Assembly (NCBI GenBank): GCA_013360215.1
Contig: JABWCP010000004.1
Span: forward strand, 124,001 to 188,000
DNA: 64,000 nt
Direction of reading: 5' to 3'
Source: a bacterium
GTDB taxonomy: Bacteria; CLD3; SB21
Shown: positions 57,770 through 64,000 of the stretch, piece by piece
How the letters are laid out: every line of letters starts with the position of its first letter
Position numbering within the stretch: position 1 is the stretch's first letter
Program-made: the position numbers and the translations under genes
The notes under the pieces: model-generated
Database searches by the model: none
The model's input: the letters and a program-made list of their open reading frames with translations, nothing else
What the model was told of the DNA's origin: nothing

Positions 57770-58321
57770 TCAAAGTTGTTTGGCGTCGCGTATGGCAAGC
57801 CACGTTGACTTTGTTATTTCGTATACGAAGTCCAATTTTTTGGATTCGCCATAATACGCTGTTTCCCGCTCTGCAATTTTTTGTGCTCCTAATTTGGTAA
57901 TCGCATTTTGCGATCGCACATTGACTGCACCGATAAAAAACTGAACCGCTTCAGCAAAAGTAAATGCATGATCCAGCATCAGTGTTTTGAGCGCGCGGTT
58001 ATAAGTGGTACCCCAATGATCGCGTGCAATAAACGTATAACCGATTTCGATGGTTCGTGTTTCTGCATTCCAATTGCAATATCGTGAACTGCCAATAACT
58101 TGACGTGTTGTCGCGTCACAAATCAAAAAAGCGCCCCCGGATTCCATAGCCCCGCGAAAATAATTTTCAAAAACATCTCTTTTATACCGGTCTTTATTAG
58201 GGTGTTGTTCCCAAATAAGCGGATCACTGGCGACGGCATAAAGCGCATCAAAGTCTTCGTACTGCAATGGCCGCGCGTAGATTCGTTCATTGTGGAGTGT
58301 GGGTTGTAAGAAAGGTGTCAT
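57770..58321 (-). CDS. GNAT (RimJ/RimL-like) N-acetyltransferase
   Basis: ASDPLIWEQHP, IEIGYTF, NVRSQNAITKLGA. Confidence 0.85.
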   Translation of the reverse strand: MTPFLQPTLHNERIYARPLQYEDFDALYAVASDPLIWEQHPNKDRYKRDVFENYFRGAMESGGAFLICDATTRQVIGSSRYCNWNAETRTIEIGYTFIARDHWGTTYNRALKTLMLDHAFTFAEAVQFFIGAVNVRSQNAITKLGAQKIAERETAYYGESKKLDFVYEITKSTWLAIRDAKQL

Positions 58322-58365
58322 AGTTACAGTATGTGTTTAGTTTTGATTTTTTATTGATGTTTTTA

Positions 58366-58875
58366 TCAAAAAACAACCGGATGCGAGCTGCTGACGATAA
58401 TCCCGTGCTGCGTTAAGGTTTGGACTTTATCCGCATTATCAGTAATCAAGCAAATCGAAGATACGCCCAGATCGCGTATTATTTCAGCTGCACTCCGAAA
58501 GTCTCGTGCATCTCGATTAAATCCGGCCGCTTCGTAGGCCTCGCCTTGCGGCATGCCTTGTTGTTTGTATTTTTTGCTTTGCATCAAAGCGTAGTGCCCG
58601 TTTCCTTTTCCTTCTTGTTCAAGCCAGATCACTAACCCTTTGCCGGCTTTTTCGATCAGTTTTTGTGAAATTTGCATTTGTTCACGGCAATCACATTCCA
58701 TACTGTTGAAAGCATGGCCATATAAACAAGACGAATGTACACGACACAGAATGTTTTCTCCGCGCACATCTCCCATGACCAAAGCAATACTTTCTTTTTG
58801 TCCGTCATAATAAAGATATTCATGGTATGCACCGTACAAAGTTTTAATGGTTCCTTCTGCAAGCCGAACAATCAT
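58366..58875 (-). CDS. Divergent stand-alone GTP cyclohydrolase II-like protein
   Basis: RVHSSCLYGHAFNSMECDC zinc site, QEGKG, DARDF, LITDNADK. Confidence 0.75.
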   Translation of the reverse strand: MIVRLAEGTIKTLYGAYHEYLYYDGQKESIALVMGDVRGENILCRVHSSCLYGHAFNSMECDCREQMQISQKLIEKAGKGLVIWLEQEGKGNGHYALMQSKKYKQQGMPQGEAYEAAGFNRDARDFRSAAEIIRDLGVSSICLITDNADKVQTLTQHGIIVSSSHPVVF

Positions 58876-58903
58876 GGTTACTCTTTCAATTCATTACTAA
58901 AAT

Positions 58904-59305
58904 TCAAATTTTACGTTCGAGCAATGGGAAAACTGTACCGATAATCAAAAAAACAGAACCGACAATACCCAGCATCATCGGTATAAACCACTTTTCCAAA
59001 AAACTATCAATCATCGCTTCTTCGGGTTTATCTCGTTTGTATAAGACAGATACCGTCTGATGTATTTCAAAACCCGGACTGGATCGGTAAAGAGAACTTT
59101 CATGTTGATAAGATTTGCCATAGGCGAAGTATTCGACCACCGGTGCATATGTGGTGTTTTTGCCGGGCCTGCGTGATTCGCGAAATCTTACCACTGTTCC
59201 TTCGACTTGATCGCATTCGGCGATAAAATTTTGTTTTCGTCGTACTAGATAATATGCGATGCCAAGTAAAGTCAAGCTGACAAATTGAAAAATGTATGTT
59301 TCCAT
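58904..59305 (-). CDS. DUF3592-like membrane protein
   Basis: TM helix - GTVV...YAPVVEY...VLY....PEEA - TM helix. Confidence 0.7.
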   Translation of the reverse strand: METYIFQFVSLTLLGIAYYLVRRKQNFIAECDQVEGTVVRFRESRRPGKNTTYAPVVEYFAYGKSYQHESSLYRSSPGFEIHQTVSVLYKRDKPEEAMIDSFLEKWFIPMMLGIVGSVFLIIGTVFPLLERKI

Positions 59306-59405
59306 CTGTTGATTTGGCCTTAGCGGTTTTGGATTTTGTTTCAATCAAGACTTGACAATAAAAACAAATTTACCTCAATTAATTAAAATTCAAAGGAAGA
59401 AAAAT

Positions 59406-60059
59406 ATGTCTAAAATACGTGTAGAAAGTTTCACTATATCATTGGACGGATTCGGTGCGGGCATAGAGCAGACGATGAGTAATCCTATGGGGGTGGGCGG
59501 ACAAAATCTGCATCAATGGGCGATACCGACAAAAACATTTCAAAAAGCACTGTTTGGTTCCGATAAAGGCACTACAGGAATTGATGATAAATTTGCAACA
59601 CGAGGTTTTGATAATATCGGTGCGTGGATACTGGGTCGAAATATGTTTGGACCTATTCGCGGCGAATGGCCTGACATGTCGTGGAAAGGCTGGTGGGGCG
59701 AAAATCCTCCGTATCATGTTCCGGTGTTTATTTTGACACACTACCCGCGTCCGTCAATTACGATGGAGGGAGAAACCGTATTTCATTTTGTTACAGGTGG
59801 CATCCATGAAGCGCTGGATATGGCGCGTCAAGCGGCTAAGGGAAAAGATGTGCGTATCGGGGGTGGTGTGCAGACCATACAGCAATATCTCCGGGCCGGG
59901 TTGATTGATGAAATGCACTTTGCCATCTCGCCTGTTTTTTTAGGTCGCGGCGAGCGGTTATTTAGCGATGTGGATTTGGTTGCTTTGGGTTATCGCTGTA
60001 TAGAATGTACTTCCACAGAAAAAGCAACGCATGTCATAGTTCAACGTCAAAACCAATAG
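59406..60059 (+). CDS. Dihydrofolate reductase/RibD C-terminal family protein
   Basis: ISLDGF, ILGRNMF, PPYHVPVFILTH, DVRIGGG, GLIDEM, SPVFLGRGERLF. Confidence 0.88.
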   Translation: MSKIRVESFTISLDGFGAGIEQTMSNPMGVGGQNLHQWAIPTKTFQKALFGSDKGTTGIDDKFATRGFDNIGAWILGRNMFGPIRGEWPDMSWKGWWGENPPYHVPVFILTHYPRPSITMEGETVFHFVTGGIHEALDMARQAAKGKDVRIGGGVQTIQQYLRAGLIDEMHFAISPVFLGRGERLFSDVDLVALGYRCIECTSTEKATHVIVQRQNQ

Positions 60060-60091
60060 ACGTGACGGTTAATTAAAATTCGGTTCTATTT

Positions 60092-60365
60092 CATAGTTAT
60101 CAATGACTTCTTGGTTGAATCAATATGTGTTCAAAAGACGAGATAGTGATTCGATAACTATGTTATTGATAATTATGAGACCCTGATATATCAAAAGACT
60201 CTTTTCCAGTTCTCTTTGCGGCTTTGCGAGAAAATATATGTACTCGCTAAGGCGCTAAGGCGCAAAATTATTTATGATCTCATAATTGAAACTATATGTG
60301 TTTTAAAGGCGAGAGAATGCTTAGTTGACTAATTATGCGACCATTAATAATTAACTATTAGTCAA
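60092..60365. repeat. Cluster of inverted repeats plus a degenerate 38-bp direct repeat between convergent genes
   Basis: CATAGTTATC/GATAACTATG; AATTATGAGA/TCTCATAATT enclosing TTTGCGGCTTTGCGAG...CTCGCTAAGGCGCTAAGGCGCAAA; TTGACTAAT/ATTAGTCAA. Confidence 0.55.
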
Positions 60366-60397
60366 AATTTTTTTGTCTGTTATGCAACTTGTAAATC

Positions 60398-61441
60398 CTA
60401 GATACCCAAATTCAATTTTCCCACACGCCCGCTGTCTCCAGCGGCCCATATGGTTTTGCTGTACAAACCGGCATCGGCCGTATGAAAACCCGTATCGCCT
60501 AAAAAGTTCCAAGTCATTCCTGAATCGTAAGAAATATCCGAACCATTAGGTCCTACAGCGATCAATATTTTATCTGTCAACCAAAGTATGGAAGATCGAA
60601 AGCCCTGAGGTAGTTTGTCGTTTACGATTTGCCAGGTAATACCTTGATTCGCGGTGAAAGCAAGTGAGTTCGTATTGTTCTTTTCATCTTTGAAGTCTCC
60701 GCCGCATACCACTCCTTTTTTTTCATTATAAAAAGCGATAGAAAAAATTCCTGAGGTACCATTGGAGTGTGTGATTGGTGTTTCTGAATATCGCCAGTTT
60801 TTCCCACGATCATTTGACGAAAGTACGCGTGCCGCATTGACGCCGCTCCCTATCCATACCATCGAATCCCCGTACGTCGTAATGCATGTCCCGCTTGCAG
60901 CAAACGCCCCTTCACCGGAAAGCGCTAACGGCGCTTGTTGAGATGGAAAGCGGTTCCAACTAGCTCCTCCGTCGTGTGTAGATACGAGTATCCAGCGGCC
61001 ATTCACCGCATCGCTGACGGCGATACCCCCCTGTGAGTTCCAAAACGCAAAAGCATCAAAAAAAGCCGTTGTATCCGTGTTTAGAAATTGTAGTTGCCAC
61101 GATTTTCCACCATCGGTTGTCTTGTAAACACGTGATTGACGGCCGTAACCTATGGATAAAACATAAGCCTCATCGGGGCCAAACGCTTCAATATCCCGAA
61201 AATCAAGAGAATCAGAATCCGGAATATTTATTTTCTCCCAAGACAAACCTCCATCGGTCGTTCGAATGCAGGTCCCATGATTACCGCTGGCCCACACGAC
61301 TTGCTCAGAGACGGCGCTTATTCCTCTTAAACGTTCTTTAGTTACGGCCTCCTGTATAATCCAAATATTTTTTGACTTGGGCGCGCATCCGTCTAATAAG
61401 GCTACAAAAAAGTAGAAAAATAAGGTTTTGTTTTTTTTCAT
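60398..61441 (-). CDS. YCF48/BNR (Asp-box) beta-propeller lipoprotein
   Basis: Lipobox-like LDG|C; repeated TxDGGxSW Asp-boxes; FAASGT. Confidence 0.8.
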   Translation of the reverse strand: MKKNKTLFFYFFVALLDGCAPKSKNIWIIQEAVTKERLRGISAVSEQVVWASGNHGTCIRTTDGGLSWEKINIPDSDSLDFRDIEAFGPDEAYVLSIGYGRQSRVYKTTDGGKSWQLQFLNTDTTAFFDAFAFWNSQGGIAVSDAVNGRWILVSTHDGGASWNRFPSQQAPLALSGEGAFAASGTCITTYGDSMVWIGSGVNAARVLSSNDRGKNWRYSETPITHSNGTSGIFSIAFYNEKKGVVCGGDFKDEKNNTNSLAFTANQGITWQIVNDKLPQGFRSSILWLTDKILIAVGPNGSDISYDSGMTWNFLGDTGFHTADAGLYSKTIWAAGDSGRVGKLNLGI

Positions 61442-61732
61442 ACGTTTTGCAAAGGTTTTTCAAATATGACTAATTTATCTCCGTAGGAATAACCTCAATC
61501 TATATCCTTTGAGGAAGCAATACAATGAACATTCAGCTGCATTTTATTAATAGGTTTAATTAATATTTTTACCCGTTATGTTGGCTCCGTGGATGATAAT
61601 TTCCGGGACATAATAAATATGTAGGTATAAATCATTAGACAAATTCGTATCAATTCAGTACAATTATGGAGTATTTCATATAAAAATTCTAAATTTGATA
61701 CAAGGTTTCTTTGTATTTATTGGGTTTATGGT

Positions 61733-61748
61733 TGGCATGTAAAATGCC
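61733..61748. promoter_or_regulatory. Sigma54-like -24/-12 element readable on both strands
   Basis: Plus strand TGGCATGTAAAATGC and minus strand TGGCATTTTACATGC both have GG-N10-GC spacing. Confidence 0.35.
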
Positions 61749-61830
61749 AGTTTATAAAAGCTTTTATTGAACTTAGTTAGAACCTTTTTTTATAAAAACT
61801 TATATTTTTAAACAAATTAAGTATAGAGAC

Positions 61831-64000
61831 ATGAAAAAAATTTTACTCTCCATTGTTTTTTTACTCAGTTGCTTCGGCACATCGGCTAAAGCATCTGCGG
61901 AAAATATAATCTTGGCCTCTTGGTCGAAGTCAAATCTCAATTCGATCAAACCCATGGCTGTCCAAACAGGAGATCCCTATTGGGAAGCTCAAGGCGGAAC
62001 GATACCGCCGGGATTTACAGGCGCAAGTGTAAATGCAATCGCGGTTGTTGGAACGGATGTTTACGTCGGTGGAGATATTAGCTCGATGAGCGGTAACCCA
62101 ACAGCTTCGCACATTGCTAAATGGAACGGCACATCTTGGGAAGCGCTAGGATCGGGCGTTGATGGCGTGGTGCGAGCTATTACTGTTTCCGGCTCAGATG
62201 TTTACGTTGGCGGACAGTTTACTACGGCCGGAGGAATATCTTCGCCCGGTATTGCACGTTGGGACGGAAGTGCATGGCATTCGGTGGGCGGGGGTCTCGC
62301 CGTAGTCGGAACGCCTAATGTACGCGCTATAGCTGTATCCGGATCTAATATTTATGCCGGCGGTGCATTTACAGATGCAAATGGGAATACCAGCGCTGAC
62401 TACATTGCTATGTGGGATGGGGCTTCATGGAACGCATTAGGAACTGGACTTAATGGAACTGTAAACACCATTGCGATAGGAAATTCTAATATTTATGTCG
62501 GAGGATTTTTTACCGATGCCGGCTCGATTACAACAGCAGACAGAATTGCGTACTGGAATGGCTCAAGTTGGAATGCTTTATCAACAGGCTCAACTACTAC
62601 TGTAAATGCAATTGCTTTTGAATCTGATACTAGTATTTATGTTGGTATTGCAGGTGCGCCGGGTTTAAGAAGGTGGAATGGTACGGCATTTAGTAGTGTT
62701 GGTGGGACAAACACGTTAAACAACGCAGTTCAGAGTATTCTTCTTCAAGGATCAAATGTAATCGTTGGTGGTTCATTTACACAAAACGTTAATAAATCAC
62801 CGCTCCGTTTAGGCCGAATTGCTCAATGGACAGGAAGTGCATGGCAAGCGCTAGATAGTTTATCAGGTACAGTTAACGCTTTAGGCTATGCGTCAAGTAC
62901 ACTTTATATCGGTGGTGCTTTTTCTGATGCTGGAACGATGGTTAATGCAGATCGTCTTGCTCAATGGAACGGTACACGTTTGTTACCTGTTGGTACAGGG
63001 TTAGCAAATACAGTTCGTGCTATAGTTGCTTCCGGTACGACAGTATCTGTCGGCGGTGATTTTGAAGATGCCGACACATTGACCAAAGCAGACTATGCTG
63101 CGCGATGGAATGGGTTCACCTGGTCGGCCATGCAAAGCGGTTTCAAAGGCTCTGTGTATTCGATGTCGCAATCGGGAACTACGATATTTGCGGGGGGTTC
63201 TTTCACGCAGATAGGTACCGGAACAAAAGTAAATAACGTGGCACGATGGACCGGGAGTACGTGGGGTACGATGAATGTTTCAGGTGGTACTGCTAATACA
63301 GTTGGAACGAATGGCTCGGTCAATGCCGTCGCGGCTGTAACAACGACGCGTGCGTATGTGGGAGGTAGTTTTACGAAACTTGGGGACTCTACGGTTGTTA
63401 ATGGTATTGCGCGTTGGACCAATGGTGTGGGTTGGGAAGCTTTGGGATCGGGCGTTTCCGGTGGCAATGTTTATGCTTTGGCTCTTTCAGGTACGAAACT
63501 TTACGTCGGTGGTGATTTTACATCGGCCGGCGGTGTCGCCAATACATCTCATATAGCTGTTTGGGATACGGCAACCGCTACATGGTCAGCTTTAGGTTCG
63601 GGCATTTCTAATAACACAGTGTATTCTATTGTCGTCAACGGTTCAGATGTGTATGTCGGCGGTAATTTTACAGATGCCGGCGGCGTTGCGGCAGCGGACC
63701 ATATTGCTAAATGGGATGGCGTTTCATGGTCCAGTGTAGGTACAGGCACAGAAATAAATAATACCATTCGTACGATGGCTTTTTTGGGAACAGATCTGTA
63801 TGTCGGCGGTGATTTTACAGATGCGGCCGGATATTCAGGTGGTGATTATATTGCTAAGTGGAGCGGATCAGCCTGGTCTGCACTTGGAGATGGTGCCAAT
63901 AATTCGGTTTACGCGATTATTGCTGCCGGCTCCGATTTATATGCCGGAGGAAATTTTACATCAATTGACGGGTCTTCAGCATCGCGGTTTGCACGATACC
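61831..64000 (+). CDS. Secreted beta-propeller repeat protein (Rax2-like repeats); 3'-truncated and absent from the ORF track
   Basis: Manual translation is open from ATG 61831 to the window end: MKKILLSIVFLLSCFGTSAKA signal peptide, then 14 copies of V.A(I/L)....(V/L)YVGG.FT.AGG.....IA.W(D/N)G..W..LG.G. Confidence 0.88.
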   Translation, partial: MKKILLSIVFLLSCFGTSAKASAENIILASWSKSNLNSIKPMAVQTGDPYWEAQGGTIPPGFTGASVNAIAVVGTDVYVGGDISSMSGNPTASHIAKWNGTSWEALGSGVDGVVRAITVSGSDVYVGGQFTTAGGISSPGIARWDGSAWHSVGGGLAVVGTPNVRAIAVSGSNIYAGGAFTDANGNTSADYIAMWDGASWNALGTGLNGTVNTIAIGNSNIYVGGFFTDAGSITTADRIAYWNGSSWNALSTGSTTTVNAIAFESDTSIYVGIAGAPGLRRWNGTAFSSVGGTNTLNNAVQSILLQGSNVIVGGSFTQNVNKSPLRLGRIAQWTGSAWQALDSLSGTVNALGYASSTLYIGGAFSDAGTMVNADRLAQWNGTRLLPVGTGLANTVRAIVASGTTVSVGGDFEDADTLTKADYAARWNGFTWSAMQSGFKGSVYSMSQSGTTIFAGGSFTQIGTGTKVNNVARWTGSTWGTMNVSGGTANTVGTNGSVNAVAAVTTTRAYVGGSFTKLGDSTVVNGIARWTNGVGWEALGSGVSGGNVYALALSGTKLYVGGDFTSAGGVANTSHIAVWDTATATWSALGSGISNNTVYSIVVNGSDVYVGGNFTDAGGVAAADHIAKWDGVSWSSVGTGTEINNTIRTMAFLGTDLYVGGDFTDAAGYSGGDYIAKWSGSAWSALGDGANNSVYAIIAAGSDLYAGGNFTSIDGSSASRFARY

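Noticed and set aside
57770-60365. Integron cassette array of small accessory genes
   Set aside because: No integrase, mixed gene orientation, very short spacers, and no RYYYAAC...GTTRRRY attC pattern found.
60092-60365. Degenerate CRISPR array
   Set aside because: Only two poorly matching copies about 170 nt apart, no regular spacer periodicity and no cas genes.

Overview
A gene-dense chromosomal window from an AT-rich Gram-negative bacterium (lpxA, mlaD, TonB-dependent receptor). Bacteroidota-like gene content combined with Shine-Dalgarno motifs and sigma70-like promoters suggests an FCB-group lineage outside core Bacteroidota (inference). No rRNA, tRNA, CRISPR array, transposase or phage gene was recognised. 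Housekeeping genes include hemW, an EF-G2-type fusA paralog, fbaB, uvrA, hprK, glmS, relA/spoT, rlpA, lpxA and copA/copZ. A kynurenine-pathway cluster (nbaC, nbaD, kynB-like, kynU, kmo) lies at 11.8-18.4 kb. The best candidate for an undescribed system is the six-gene operon at 2.7-11.0 kb: five exported proteins carrying about eight LPP20/FlgP-like domains, followed by a signal-peptide-bearing TPR-CHAT caspase-like protease with an intact His/Cys dyad, with terminators after the first two genes. Other points: a degenerate stand-alone SecA NBD2-like protein, a CsgG/FlgT-like four-lipoprotein operon, a divergent GTP cyclohydrolase II, several structured intergenic regions, and a secreted protein with at least 14 beta-propeller-type repeats that runs off the right edge and is absent from the ORF track. 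All family calls come from motif recognition by eye; no searches were run.
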